Below are positions 29,161 through 39,619 of a stretch of 64,000 bases of DNA, one piece after another. How positions within the stretch are numbered: position 1 is the stretch's first letter; each line of letters opens with the position of its first letter. The translations under genes and the position numbers were made by a program. Below the pieces are notes generated by a model. That model worked only from the letters and a program-made list of their open reading frames with translations. It was not told the origin of the DNA and did not search any database. Origin of the DNA: Candidatus Saccharimonadia bacterium (lineage in GTDB: Bacteria > Patescibacteriota > Saccharimonadia > Saccharimonadales > 2-12-FULL-41-12); contig OY970327.1 of assembly GCA_963717365.1 (NCBI GenBank), positions 1,119,752 through 1,183,751 of the forward strand. The letters run 5' to 3'.

Positions 29161-31092
29161 TTATTTTGGAATCTTAACTGTAAAAGTCGAACCTTTTTTT
29201 GTGACAGACTCAACGTTAATTGTTCCCCCATGTAAGTCAACAATACGCCTTGCCCAGTACAGACCTATACCTGTTCCTCCCACTTTGGCGGAGAGGGAAT
29301 TGTTGATGCGTGAAAACTTTTGAAAGAGTTTATCAATATCCTTTTTTGCAATGCCGACGCCAGAGTCACTGATTGCAATATCGGTAGTTGTCGAGGTGTC
29401 TCTAATGGTAATAGTAATTACTTTTCCATCTACCGAGTATTTACTGGCATTATCGATCAAATTTTCAAAGACCATTCGCATGCGCCCAGAGTCAATTAAG
29501 GCGGTAACAATTGGCTTAGTATGTAGTATTGTGACCTTCTGACCACGTTGTTTAAAGATGCTGCGCTGTTCGTATAAAACTGTATTAATAAGAGATATTA
29601 TGTCGGTTGGTTCTCTCGTCAGGATAACTTTATCGGCATCGACATGAGCAACTTTTAATAGATCATCAATAATAGTTAGCTGACGTTCATTACTTTCATA
29701 GGCAACCTTGAGGAAGTTAATTTGATGGGGGGTCAGTCTGCCAGTATACCCTTCTATTAGCATACCCAAATACTGTTTAACGCCGGTAGCTGGAGTGCGC
29801 AATTGATGAGACGCGATTGATATAAATTCCTCCTTGCTATTGTTTAAAGCCATAAGCTGAGACCGCTGCTTGGTAAGTGTTTGGTTAACGGCTTCCAGTT
29901 TTTGCGACCGCTTAACTTCATGAATATCCATGCACGAACCAATATAGCCAAGAAATTCGCCATCTGTCGAGAAACGAGGAGAGCCATTATCAAGCATCCA
30001 GCGGTACTTATTATCATGACGGCGTAAACGGTACTCCATATTGAAGGTAGTACGTGCATCGAAGGCATTATTATATATCTCCAGGCAGCGTGCTATATCT
30101 GCGGGATGTATGCCTTTTGTCCAGCCGTCGCCAACTTCGTCTTTCAGTTTCCGGCCAGTAAAATTGAGCCAAGCTGAATTTAGATAGGTGCAATATTGAT
30201 TTGCGTCTGATTCCCAGATTAGGACGGGTGCGCTATCGGCCATTGCTCGGAACCGCTGCTCGCTTTCCCGAAGGGCTTGCTCGGATGCTTTTTGTTCGTC
30301 AATATCCGCGGCAGTACCAATTAAGCGAGCGGCCTTGCCATTTTCCATAATTGCTTGGCCATTGCCGACAATCCAGTGCACTTTTCCATTGGGCCAGGTA
30401 ATGCGAAACTCAATCCGGTAGCCTTTTCCGCTTTGCAGGGCATTGTTCACAGTAGTACTTACATACTCCCGGTCATCAGGGTGAATCATCTCCCGATACA
30501 TCATAAGGGTGACTTCTGTAGTCTTCTTCAGGCCAAATAACTTTTTGAGCTCATTCGACCAGGTTAATTTCTCGTTCTGTAGATCCAATTCCCATAAGCC
30601 CATACGTGAAGCTTTTAAGGCTAGGGCCAGTCGCTGTTCGCTATGGCGAAGAGCTTGTGCGGCGGCATGCTGTTCAGTGACATCCTGCTGGGTCCCCCAG
30701 GCACGAATCAGCATACCCTTTTCGGTATAACCCACAAGACTGTTAGAGAAATACTTATCCCTGCCTGCCTTATCGGTCTCATGCGACTCAACACCACTTA
30801 AACGATAGTCAGAAGCTATAAAGGCTTCAAGGTACGCTTGGTTAGCGGGATCGTCCTCAACCAGCAGGTCTCCTAGACGTGCTCCAACTAAGGCGTCGGC
30901 TTTTTTAAAGCCATACATCTGTGCCATGGCATCATTAGCTTCAGCTAAGTAGCCATACTTATACATGGCTTTAATCTGCTTGGCGGGTGAGTCAGTTATT
31001 GCGATTGGCTTATCAAGTTCACAGCGCCAGATACCTTCGCTACTATTTTTAATAAACGCCTGATAACGCTCTTCATTGTCGGTGCCTGCCAT
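29161..31092 (-). CDS. cytoplasmic multi-PAS sensor histidine kinase
   Basis: Repeated PAS/PAC segments, H-box SIASHQLRTPAT, and an HATPase with DNASKY and GTGIGLYWARRIVDLHGG. No TM helix. Confidence 0.9.
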   Translation of the reverse strand: MAGTDNEERYQAFIKNSSEGIWRCELDKPIAITDSPAKQIKAMYKYGYLAEANDAMAQMYGFKKADALVGARLGDLLVEDDPANQAYLEAFIASDYRLSGVESHETDKAGRDKYFSNSLVGYTEKGMLIRAWGTQQDVTEQHAAAQALRHSEQRLALALKASRMGLWELDLQNEKLTWSNELKKLFGLKKTTEVTLMMYREMIHPDDREYVSTTVNNALQSGKGYRIEFRITWPNGKVHWIVGNGQAIMENGKAARLIGTAADIDEQKASEQALRESEQRFRAMADSAPVLIWESDANQYCTYLNSAWLNFTGRKLKDEVGDGWTKGIHPADIARCLEIYNNAFDARTTFNMEYRLRRHDNKYRWMLDNGSPRFSTDGEFLGYIGSCMDIHEVKRSQKLEAVNQTLTKQRSQLMALNNSKEEFISIASHQLRTPATGVKQYLGMLIEGYTGRLTPHQINFLKVAYESNERQLTIIDDLLKVAHVDADKVILTREPTDIISLINTVLYEQRSIFKQRGQKVTILHTKPIVTALIDSGRMRMVFENLIDNASKYSVDGKVITITIRDTSTTTDIAISDSGVGIAKKDIDKLFQKFSRINNSLSAKVGGTGIGLYWARRIVDLHGGTINVESVTKKGSTFTVKIPK

Positions 31093-31134
31093 ATAGTCTC
31101 ATTGTAGCAGGCGGCGTAACCTACACTGTTAATA

Positions 31135-31143
31135 TGGTATAAT
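31135..31143 (+). promoter_or_regulatory. extended -10 promoter element upstream of yebC
   Basis: TGgTATAAT at 31135..31143. The -35 is poor. Confidence 0.4.
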
Positions 31144-31172
31144 TAAATAAACGTAAGGGAAGCAGTATAGAC

Positions 31173-31901
31173 ATGTCAGGTCATTCCAAATGGGCAAAAA
31201 TTCACCGAGGCAAAGCGATAGAAGACGCTAAGCGTGGCGCCATTTTTACAAAATATGGAAATAATATTGCTGTTGCGGCGCGAGCCGGCGCTGATCCGGA
31301 GATGAATTTTTCGCTCAGGCTGGCGATAGACAAAGCTAAAGCGGCAAATATGCCAGCAGCCAATATACAACGTGCCGTAGACCGAGGCAGCGGCAAGCTA
31401 GGTGGTGCTCAAATCCAAGAAGTCATGTATGAAGGTTACGGTCCGGGAGGCACGGCGATTCTGGTAGAATGTGCCACCGATAATCTTAACCGCACGTATC
31501 CCGATGTTAAGTTAGCCTTTAGCAAGCATGGCGGCAGTATTGCCGAAAAAGGCGCGGTAGCCTTTCAGTTTGAGCGAAAAGGTATGATCACGGTAGATGG
31601 CACCGGCGAAGACCTATTGCTTGAAGTGTTAGACGCTGGCGCAGAGGATGCGGTTGAAGACGACGGAGAATTAATCGTATACACAGATCCAAAACAACTT
31701 GCCCATGTCCGTGATAATTTAAAAGAAAAGGGGACTGCTATAACCGAAGCAGAATTAACCTACGTACCAAAAAATACGATTGAAGTAACCGATGATTCAA
31801 CAGCTATGAAGATCACGCGTCTCATGGACGCCCTTGAGGGATTAGATGATGTCAGTAACACACATGTAAATTTTGAAATACCTGAAGAACTGATCAAATA
31901 A
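31173..31901 (+). CDS. yebC: YebC/PmpR family DNA-binding regulator
   Basis: MSGHSKWAKIHRGKA N-terminus and full-length family pattern. Confidence 0.9.
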   Translation: MSGHSKWAKIHRGKAIEDAKRGAIFTKYGNNIAVAARAGADPEMNFSLRLAIDKAKAANMPAANIQRAVDRGSGKLGGAQIQEVMYEGYGPGGTAILVECATDNLNRTYPDVKLAFSKHGGSIAEKGAVAFQFERKGMITVDGTGEDLLLEVLDAGAEDAVEDDGELIVYTDPKQLAHVRDNLKEKGTAITEAELTYVPKNTIEVTDDSTAMKITRLMDALEGLDDVSNTHVNFEIPEELIK

Positions 31902-32380
31902 TGAGAATACTGGGCATCGATCCAGGTACCGGTATTTTGGGTTTCGGTGTAATCGATGCAACTATACAAAGTAAAGTTAAACTGATCGACGGGGGAGTAA
32001 TCCGCACACCGCCAAAGCAGGCCGACAGTTTGCGACTCAAAACCATTTATGACGAAGTCACGGAAATTATTAAACTTCACAAGCCTGATACCATGTCCGT
32101 TGAAAAATTGTTTTTCGCCCAAAATGTGACTACCGCTATGACGGTATCTCAGGCCAGAGGGGTAGTTTTACTGTGCGGAGTACAGAACGGCCTTGAGCTA
32201 TTCGAGTACACTCCCCTGCAGATCAAGCAAGCCATCACTGGTTATGGCCGAGCCGATAAAAAACAAATGCAGGAAATGGTGCGCATTATCTTAAACCTAA
32301 AAGAAGTGCCTCAGCCAGACGATTGCGCCGACGCGCTGGCAGCAGCGATCTGCCATAGTATGACTGCCCGTTTCGCCTAA
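31901..32380 (+). CDS. ruvC: crossover junction endodeoxyribonuclease RuvC
   Basis: MRILGIDPG..., VEKLFF, and the C-terminal DDCADALAAAICH motif. Confidence 0.9.
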   Translation: MRILGIDPGTGILGFGVIDATIQSKVKLIDGGVIRTPPKQADSLRLKTIYDEVTEIIKLHKPDTMSVEKLFFAQNVTTAMTVSQARGVVLLCGVQNGLELFEYTPLQIKQAITGYGRADKKQMQEMVRIILNLKEVPQPDDCADALAAAICHSMTARFA

Positions 32381-32423
32381 AGTACAATATATTTTTTTAA
32401 TCATTTTGCTATACTAAATACTA

Positions 32424-33161
32424 ATGTTGGAACGTCTGCCCGATTATGAAATTAAATCCCACCAGGATTTGGTGCTGGATGTAGTTACTTTTGAGCCGGA
32501 AGCATGCTTAGCGTTGGTTGACGATATTACTAAGGCCATTTACTTACCATTCAGAGGGGTAACTGGCGCAACCGAACGGGCAATCTTGCCGGCTGAACCA
32601 TGTGCCCCTCATCGTGAAAATGACGCTGAACATACGTTTCATATCGCAACAGTGGCTAATCAGTTATGGCAGCAGCGTGAACGGCTCGGTATTATATTCC
32701 CACAAGACTATGATCCTCACCAAGCTCTCTCGTATATTCTTGATCATGATGTGCCAGAAATACATGCCGAGGACGTAGATTCTATGAGTAGAGACTCCGT
32801 TCTTAAGCAACTCAAGCGTAGCCGAGAAAAAGCTGCCGGAGCGTTAATCAGGCTTACTCACCCCTCATTGGCGCCCATCATTGATAACTGGGAAGAGTAC
32901 GAGACAAAAGATAACAGTACAGCCCGCTTCGTCAATGACTTGGATAAGATCGCGCCCATCCGGGTAATATGTGCTGACGGTGGACGCCGCTGGCATAATT
33001 GGGAAGGTATGGCTACCTCCCGCGATTTCCACGGCCGAATATTACGCTCAAAATTACTTACTCCGTTTGGGCATGCCATGATGGATCTTATTGAAGAAGA
33101 TTATGACATGCATCCTGAGTATTTTCCGGATCAGTGCAACTACCAAGAACGATTATTCTAG
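32424..33161 (+). CDS. HD-domain phosphohydrolase
   Basis: ENDAEHTFH ... LDHDVPEIHAEDVD (H...HD...D pattern). Confidence 0.65.
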   Translation: MLERLPDYEIKSHQDLVLDVVTFEPEACLALVDDITKAIYLPFRGVTGATERAILPAEPCAPHRENDAEHTFHIATVANQLWQQRERLGIIFPQDYDPHQALSYILDHDVPEIHAEDVDSMSRDSVLKQLKRSREKAAGALIRLTHPSLAPIIDNWEEYETKDNSTARFVNDLDKIAPIRVICADGGRRWHNWEGMATSRDFHGRILRSKLLTPFGHAMMDLIEEDYDMHPEYFPDQCNYQERLF

Positions 33162-33181
33162 ATACGCTATAATAATAAGTA

Positions 33182-33763
33182 ATGATCGCGTATCTTGAGG
33201 GAATTGTGGCTCAGAATGAGCTTGATAGTATCGTGTTGAATGTGCACGGTGTGGGCTATGAAGTAAGAGTAAATACTCACGAACAGGGATTATTAGCTGT
33301 TGGCACCACTGTTCAGCTGCATATTTATGAACATATACGAGAAGACGCTCACGATTTATATGGTTTTATTCGGCCAGCCGGTAAGACGTTGTTTAAACAA
33401 TTGCTAAGTGTAAAAAATGTTGGTCCTAGGGTAGCTGTAGCGGTTCTGAGTCTTGGTTCAGAAGATGCCGTTCGCGCAGGGATTGCTGGTGGTGATGTAA
33501 AGTTACTGCAAAGCGCCAAAGGCGTCGGCAAGCGGGCTGCCGAGCAAATTATAGTTGAGCTGCGTGATAAGGTTGGCCTGGCAAGCTCTGTAGAGGCTGA
33601 GGGCATTGTGACGCGTGGCAGCGTTGATCTGGCTGATGAAGCGCTCTTAGCCTTGCTAGCGCTTGGCTACAGCGAGATGGACGCCCAGAAAGCATTGGAT
33701 CAAATCGATAAAGCTCTACCAACAGAAGAACGGATAACCCGGGCACTGAAGGGTAGTAGCTAA
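33182..33763 (+). CDS. ruvA: Holliday junction DNA helicase RuvA
   Basis: MIAYLEG N-terminus, HhH motifs ([21 protein letters not shown]) and a C-terminal domain III. Confidence 0.9.
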   Translation: MIAYLEGIVAQNELDSIVLNVHGVGYEVRVNTHEQGLLAVGTTVQLHIYEHIREDAHDLYGFIRPAGKTLFKQLLSVKNVGPRVAVAVLSLGSEDAVRAGIAGGDVKLLQSAKGVGKRAAEQIIVELRDKVGLASSVEAEGIVTRGSVDLADEALLALLALGYSEMDAQKALDQIDKALPTEERITRALKGSS

Positions 33764-34809
33764 TGGCAGTTGAACGAATTGTCCAGCCAATCAGTGACGA
33801 CGACGATAACGTTGAGCAATTAATTGAAATTACCCTGCGCCCAAAAGACTTTGAGAATTATATTGGCCAGAAGCGCCTCAAAAAGAATATGCAACTGGCT
33901 ATTGCAGCTGCTAAAAAGCGCGGTGAACCAATTGACCATGTTTTACTCTATGGACCGCCCGGTCTGGGTAAAACCACCATGGCCAGCGTTATCGCACACG
34001 AGATGGGTGCCAATATAAGAATTACGTCGGGGCCGGCCATTGAGCGCGCCGGAGATTTGGCCAGCTTGCTCACCAACTTGCAAGACGGCGACATCTTATT
34101 TATTGATGAAATTCATCGTCTGCACCGCAGTATTGAAGAAGTTCTCTACAGCGCCATGGAAGACTTTAAGCTGGATATTATGCTTGGCAAAGGCCCCAGT
34201 GCTCGCAGTCTTCGGCTTGACCTGCCAAAGTTTACCATTATTGGCGCTACTACCCAGACAGGCTCGCTGGCAGCTCCGTTGCGCGACCGTTTTGGGCTGC
34301 AGCACCGCTTGGAATTTTACGATGATGCCGAAATTGCCCAAATTATAACTCGGGCCGCCGGTATTTTAGAAGTCGCTATTAATGATGAAGCTGCCCACCA
34401 CTTGGCCAAGCGGGCTCGACTGACGCCTCGTATTGCCAACCGTTTGCTTAAGCGCGTGCGTGACTATGCTGACGTCAATGGCGATGGTATCGTGGATCTT
34501 GCAATTACCCGCCAAACCATGGAGCTGCTTGAGATTGACGAACTAGGGCTTGATCCGGCCGATCGGCGGGTGATTGAGACTCTAATAGAACACCACAACG
34601 GCGGCCCAGTGGGCGTAGAAACGCTGGCGGCACTGACTGGTGACGAACGGTCAACTATTGAAGACTTTTTTGAACCGTACCTAATGCAGATAGGACTGCT
34701 AGAGCGTACACCACGCGGCCGCAAGGCCACTCGCAAAGCCTATGAGCACCTGGGCAAGACGGATAAACGCGTAAAAGATGAGGAGCCTGACCAGACAAAA
34801 CTGGTGTAG
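33763..34809 (+). CDS. ruvB: Holliday junction ATP-dependent DNA helicase RuvB
   Basis: [12 protein letters not shown], Walker [10 protein letters not shown], Walker B FIDEIHRL, and the RTPRG C-terminal motif. Confidence 0.95.
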   Translation: MAVERIVQPISDDDDNVEQLIEITLRPKDFENYIGQKRLKKNMQLAIAAAKKRGEPIDHVLLYGPPGLGKTTMASVIAHEMGANIRITSGPAIERAGDLASLLTNLQDGDILFIDEIHRLHRSIEEVLYSAMEDFKLDIMLGKGPSARSLRLDLPKFTIIGATTQTGSLAAPLRDRFGLQHRLEFYDDAEIAQIITRAAGILEVAINDEAAHHLAKRARLTPRIANRLLKRVRDYADVNGDGIVDLAITRQTMELLEIDELGLDPADRRVIETLIEHHNGGPVGVETLAALTGDERSTIEDFFEPYLMQIGLLERTPRGRKATRKAYEHLGKTDKRVKDEEPDQTKLV

Positions 34810-34818
34810 AGTATACAT

Positions 34819-35484
34819 ATGGATCCAAACCAGACAAACCAAAAAGACCAACCATCATCTTCGGATCAACCTAGCCAGGACGGCCCAAAACAGAGTGACA
34901 TTGCTCCGAAGGCGGCTGCTCGGCGCGGCCGCCTATTCGATCCAACTGGTCGGATTGAAGGTTTAACTAACGAAGAGACCATGATTGCTGACATACGGCG
35001 TCATCCGTTTGGCTTATTTGTGATTTACTTGCAAATTATAGTGGCATTGCTGCTTGCCATGGGGTTAATCGCAATATTTTTACCTACTCTTGAGGATATT
35101 ACTGACATTAGTAAAGCTACGCTTAATTCGTTAGGAGCAGTTTTTGCTTTATTCACTCTTACCTTCGGGCTTCTGTTTTTAATACTGGCCACCCGTATTT
35201 ATAGGGGTAACCAGCTGATAGTCAGTGATAAAAACGTAACCCAAGTATTGCAGATCGGTTTGTTTAACCGAAAAATATCAGAGCTATCAATGGCAAATAT
35301 AGAAGATGTTACCGCTCAGCAGCAAGGAATCTTTCCAACCCTTTTAAACTACGGCGAGCTGCGTATCGAAACGGCCGGCGAACAAAACAACTTTACCTTT
35401 ATCTACTGCCCTAATCCAAACGCCTACGCGAAAGCGATACTGGATTCAAGACTGGCATTTATTACTGAAAACGATACCGAATAA
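34819..35484 (+). CDS. membrane-flanked bacterial PH (bPH2/YdbT-like) domain protein
   Basis: Disordered N-terminus, two TM helices, then a PH-like module ending GELRIETAGEQNNFTF. Confidence 0.55.
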   Translation: MDPNQTNQKDQPSSSDQPSQDGPKQSDIAPKAAARRGRLFDPTGRIEGLTNEETMIADIRRHPFGLFVIYLQIIVALLLAMGLIAIFLPTLEDITDISKATLNSLGAVFALFTLTFGLLFLILATRIYRGNQLIVSDKNVTQVLQIGLFNRKISELSMANIEDVTAQQQGIFPTLLNYGELRIETAGEQNNFTFIYCPNPNAYAKAILDSRLAFITENDTE

Positions 35485-35491
35485 AGCAAGT

Positions 35492-35794
35492 CTACTCTTT
35501 AAAAGGATTGTCGCGGGCATCCTTGAAAAGGGATTTAACCTCAATACTTTGATCCTCAAGCTCTTCAATTTTATCGATTGAGTTTTGGTCTATCTTGAGA
35601 CGTTTTACCGTATTGGACTGCTCTGTAATTGTAGAGTCATCAGGCTCAGCCTGTGTCAGTATGTTGATCCGGACAATTAAGAAAGCGTATATGAGTAAAA
35701 TAGTAATTATAAAAATAAACGTGCTGTAGCGGCGCAGCTTGTCCAAGGCAAGGCGAGCATATGTTGCAAGTTGTTTCATGTCTATGTTTTTCAT
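35492..35794 (-). CDS. small single-pass membrane protein, last gene of the pilus operon
   Basis: 100 aa with one TM helix. Starts 2 nt after the pilO-like stop. Confidence 0.5.
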   Translation of the reverse strand: MKNIDMKQLATYARLALDKLRRYSTFIFIITILLIYAFLIVRINILTQAEPDDSTITEQSNTVKRLKIDQNSIDKIEELEDQSIEVKSLFKDARDNPFKE

Positions 35795-35796
35795 AA

Positions 35797-36435
35797 TTAC
35801 GGTTTTACATACGCGTTTAGCGTTAAATTAAAAGTTAAACTCGTCCCATCTTCATCCGGCTCTATGTTAATTGCGCTTACATGCGCGGTACGCCGGTTTG
35901 TTTCTAGGCTTTCTAAAAATCGCAAAAAGTTTTGATAACTGACCTTTCCATCCGATGCTACTTGAATTGGAAGTGTAAACACACCGGGGATGCCATCGAC
36001 AGGTTTAACTTGGCTGACAGCCGGAACTGCCGGGGTTTTAGGGGCCGTCTCAGTTGTTTTATCGTCGGGATTAGCTGCTGGCGCCTTAGGGGCAACAACG
36101 CCAAGGTTAGATGCTTCAAAACTAACTGACTTAATGGGAATCTTATTCTCCTGGGCTATTTGAACAATCTCACGCACGGTTTTTGCCTGGTCCTTATCTT
36201 GAGGTACAACACTTCGGGCGATACTGTCGATCTCGCTGTAGCGCTCAACATCTTTTTTAGCCTGAGTCAGGGCAGTTTGCTGCATTTCTATTGTGGCATT
36301 TTCTAACTTAAGATCGAGGAGTTTTTTAGCTTGTTTTTGGAGAATAATATTTCCACCGACGGTCCCAGCCAAAATTACGAGAATAAGCAATGCAAGAACT
36401 CCTGATAGCAGGAAAAAGTATTTTCTTGAGGTCAT
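35797..36435 (-). CDS. pilO: PilO-like pilus assembly protein
   Basis: N-terminal TM helix plus coiled coil and a C-terminal globular part. 4-nt overlap with pilN. The call is by position and architecture. Confidence 0.55.
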   Translation of the reverse strand: MTSRKYFFLLSGVLALLILVILAGTVGGNIILQKQAKKLLDLKLENATIEMQQTALTQAKKDVERYSEIDSIARSVVPQDKDQAKTVREIVQIAQENKIPIKSVSFEASNLGVVAPKAPAANPDDKTTETAPKTPAVPAVSQVKPVDGIPGVFTLPIQVASDGKVSYQNFLRFLESLETNRRTAHVSAINIEPDEDGTSLTFNLTLNAYVKP

Positions 36436-37052
36436 TGGGTAGCTCCAGGGGTAATATATACGTAAGAATTATTTTTGCTAAATAATGCGCGTAAATTAAC
36501 GTCACATGGAAGACGGCGTTTGGCTGCTGTTATTGAGGTAGGCGCTACCCCTTCCGGCGTTCCACAGGTAATGCTGTTAATGTCGGCCTTTTCAAATACA
36601 CCATTCTTTGGATCCTGCAAATTAAGTTGCAACTGGGTTCCGGCGTTAAAATCCGCCGCAAAAGCATTCAGTTGAATACCTCCCTGGATATTATCAATTT
36701 TTAGGGATTGCAAAGCGGTATTCGCTGGCAGTGCAGAGCCAATTTGCCTGATTAGCTTTGAAAATAGAATTTCTCTAGAGAGTACTTGTACAGTGAGTTT
36801 GGTATTACTCGAAATTTCATTTACTCGCTTAGCAGTTTCGTCTACCTTCTGTACTTGTAGATCTTCTCTTAATTGGGCTGCCTGAACTGACTGTCGGTTT
36901 ACGGCTTGCTGCATATAAATAAGTCCACCGGCAATAATAATACAGACTCCCATTAATGCCACCAATGCGGCCATAATCCAGTTTCTAAGGAGGGTATTAC
37001 GCCGCGCATAAAAAATATCTTCTTTGACATCATGGGGCAGCAAATTAATCAT
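36432..37052 (-). CDS. pilN: PilN-like pilus assembly protein
   Basis: MINLLPHD N-terminus (the INLLP motif that binds PilM), a TM helix and a coiled coil. 4-nt overlap with pilM. Confidence 0.7.
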   Translation of the reverse strand: MINLLPHDVKEDIFYARRNTLLRNWIMAALVALMGVCIIIAGGLIYMQQAVNRQSVQAAQLREDLQVQKVDETAKRVNEISSNTKLTVQVLSREILFSKLIRQIGSALPANTALQSLKIDNIQGGIQLNAFAADFNAGTQLQLNLQDPKNGVFEKADINSITCGTPEGVAPTSITAAKRRLPCDVNLRALFSKNNSYVYITPGATQ

Positions 37053-38119
37053 GCGAACAGTTCCTTGGGCGTAATAAGCGCTAACCCCGAAGCAGTTACA
37101 TACATTGATTTCTCTACCATATTGGGTGGTTGTAGTTTGCCGACGTCAAGATTTTGCCATGGATCACAAGTACGTACTGGAATGCGCATTTCATTAGTTA
37201 AGTAATCACTCAGACCAGGCATATTAGCACCGCCGCCCATAGTTATGACTTGTTCAATTTTTTGCTTCGAGCCCGACCGCTCTTCGTGATAACGGATCAT
37301 ACGACGAATTTCTTTTACTAGTCCGTCTAATCGGGGCTGCAGCGCTTCTCTGATTTCAACTTGTTTTTTACTTTTGCCTAGACCATATTTCGTCTTAACA
37401 ATATGAGCTTCTTGCTGGGTAACGTCCAACTTAGTAGCAATAAGTTCTGTAAAAATATCTCCGCCGCCTGGAATCGTACCAGTTACAATTAATTCTTTAT
37501 CGTGAATAGTTATGTCGGCTGAATCACCGCCAAAGTCAATTAGTACTGTCGGAATATCGCTGGCATCCAGTTGACGTTGAAATAGTCGTCCAGCCGCTAG
37601 AATCGTAGTATCGAACGCTATCGGCTCCAGACCGAGCATGTGTATAAGCAGCATATAGGAATCAACAATTTTTTTAGGAACGGCTACGGCAAGTAACTCG
37701 ATTCCTTTTTCGTTGCGTTTAATGACGCTAAAATCCATATATAAATCATCTAGCGGAACCGGTATGTATTGTTCGGCTTCCAGGCGAACCGCCTGAATGA
37801 GCTCATGATCACGTATAAGCGGCAAGTTCATAGAACGTGTAAATGTGCGGTTAGCGGGGATTGATACAGCTACCCGGCGCGTATTTATTTCGCCGACAAT
37901 GTCATTGGCAAACAGACTTTGAATCGATCCTGCCAAACTTTTGAAATCAACTATAACCCCATCTTTTATTGCGTCGAGCTCATAACCAGCGACGCCATAA
38001 CCGCAAACGGACTGAGGTGCATTTCCATGATGTTCAAGCTGCAGAACTTTGATACTGCTTGATCCAATATCTAGGCCAAACAATGGTTTATCTTTAAAAA
38101 AATGCGATGAACTATTCAT
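37049..38119 (-). CDS. pilM: type IV pilus assembly protein PilM (actin-like ATPase fold)
   Basis: FGLDIGSSSIKVLQL phosphate-1 motif, DFGGDSADI, and the expected length and order. Confidence 0.85.
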   Translation of the reverse strand: MNSSSHFFKDKPLFGLDIGSSSIKVLQLEHHGNAPQSVCGYGVAGYELDAIKDGVIVDFKSLAGSIQSLFANDIVGEINTRRVAVSIPANRTFTRSMNLPLIRDHELIQAVRLEAEQYIPVPLDDLYMDFSVIKRNEKGIELLAVAVPKKIVDSYMLLIHMLGLEPIAFDTTILAAGRLFQRQLDASDIPTVLIDFGGDSADITIHDKELIVTGTIPGGGDIFTELIATKLDVTQQEAHIVKTKYGLGKSKKQVEIREALQPRLDGLVKEIRRMIRYHEERSGSKQKIEQVITMGGGANMPGLSDYLTNEMRIPVRTCDPWQNLDVGKLQPPNMVEKSMYVTASGLALITPKELFA

Positions 38120-38224
38120 TCCACCCTATGTATTTATTTCTACAATATGCTTACGTTTATTTAATACTAAGTATACATTAAATCAAGGCATATGCATATG
38201 TCGTTGACCCCTGCCTTGGCAGCG

Positions 38225-39619
38225 CTAAAAAGTACGGCGGTAGTCATCAACTACCCAATACGAGGCACCAAACCCGGAAGCTGCCACCCCAAACGTGATA
38301 GTGGCTGAGTTTGACAGCTTAACCGTCTGACCGACCACTGCGCCAATAGACCCGCCATTGCTAAGTTCTGCCTGGGTCCAGCGGGCATACAGTATAGTAT
38401 TTGGAGCTTCCGCGCTGTTTTGTAGCAAAATAGTCCGGTCATCGCGCGAATTAAACAAATTCGGCCCGGTTACATCCGGACAGTCTGGCGAACACGCTGC
38501 TGTGCTCCAGTATGTAATAACCTGCATTCCTAAGCCACTGCTATTTGATAGTAAGCCGCCAGAATTTTGTACTAGAACTCCGCCTGCGCCGTCAACCATT
38601 ATAGTTGGCCTGGCAGGATCTACTGTATTCTGGCCGCCCAGGACTATACCATTTTTTGTAGTTATAGTTCCTGAGTTTTGCAGGATTAATTTTCCGGTAA
38701 TCCAAACATCGCCCTCTAAAATAATATTGCAGCTTTTTTGAATAGTAACATCGCCGACTATTTTTAATCGTGCCGGCCAAGTGCGGGTTGTATTATTTGC
38801 GTTACAGTTTGTGTAATAGTTAGCACTAGAAGTAGTTAGTATATTGGCTTTTTGTTGGGTTCGTTCATGGGGGGGTAAGGCTTGGGTGGCAACGCCAGCA
38901 CCAGCCAAACCGGGATTCGTCATTCCGCCAGTAGATGTCTGGTTGTTTGCCCTTACCGTTCCGTAGATATGCGCGGTGTTGGTTAAAGTAATAGGTTCTC
39001 CATTTTGGCCGAGTGTACATATCTGAGGATATGCGGCAGTGGCAGGGTTAGGACAGGTTTGATGCGCTACCTGGACGTTTAAAGGATTAGTAGTGAGACC
39101 AATTTGAGAGGAATTGCTCATCTGGATCTCGCCGTTTATCAGTACGTCGCCGCCGAGGATTTTGGCGCTATTTTGCATAAAAAGACCGCCTACCCCGCTG
39201 ACTACACTAACTTCGCCGCCCTGTACTTTACGGAGTTTTACCGTGACGGTTACGGTTGATTCAGCCTGGGAGGAAGTAGCAGGACGGAATGTGCGTCCCA
39301 CAGAAACAAGCGCTTTATGGGTTGCATCAAGGTCGCTCACGGAGGTTTGGTAGGTAGTTCTAACATTGTTAGCGTTATGTACTTCAACTTGGCTCACGCT
39401 GCCCACCCAATTGTTGTCCAAGGTAATTTGTTCCATTGCGGCGTCAACCCCGGCGTCAGTAGCGAGTTGGGCATGAGTCCGTGATTGATCACGCTTAGCC
39501 ACTCCTAGGCCTGACAGTGATAAGTCAGTATAAACGGCAGCAATCAGAATGATAAACGGCAACATCAGTATGATGGCAATTAAAACGGAGCCGCGTTGAT
39601 TGTTGGTTTTTAATGTCAT
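38225..39619 (-). CDS. PilX-N-like anchored protein with beta-helix-like C-terminal region (putative pilus-associated adhesin)
   Basis: N-terminus QRGSVLIAIILMLPFI (pilin-like, lacking F1/E5). Repetitive G-D-V-.-I-.-G/N-rich segments. Sits in the minor-pilin block. Confidence 0.55.
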   Translation of the reverse strand: MTLKTNNQRGSVLIAIILMLPFIILIAAVYTDLSLSGLGVAKRDQSRTHAQLATDAGVDAAMEQITLDNNWVGSVSQVEVHNANNVRTTYQTSVSDLDATHKALVSVGRTFRPATSSQAESTVTVTVKLRKVQGGEVSVVSGVGGLFMQNSAKILGGDVLINGEIQMSNSSQIGLTTNPLNVQVAHQTCPNPATAAYPQICTLGQNGEPITLTNTAHIYGTVRANNQTSTGGMTNPGLAGAGVATQALPPHERTQQKANILTTSSANYYTNCNANNTTRTWPARLKIVGDVTIQKSCNIILEGDVWITGKLILQNSGTITTKNGIVLGGQNTVDPARPTIMVDGAGGVLVQNSGGLLSNSSGLGMQVITYWSTAACSPDCPDVTGPNLFNSRDDRTILLQNSAEAPNTILYARWTQAELSNGGSIGAVVGQTVKLSNSATITFGVAASGFGASYWVVDDYRRTF

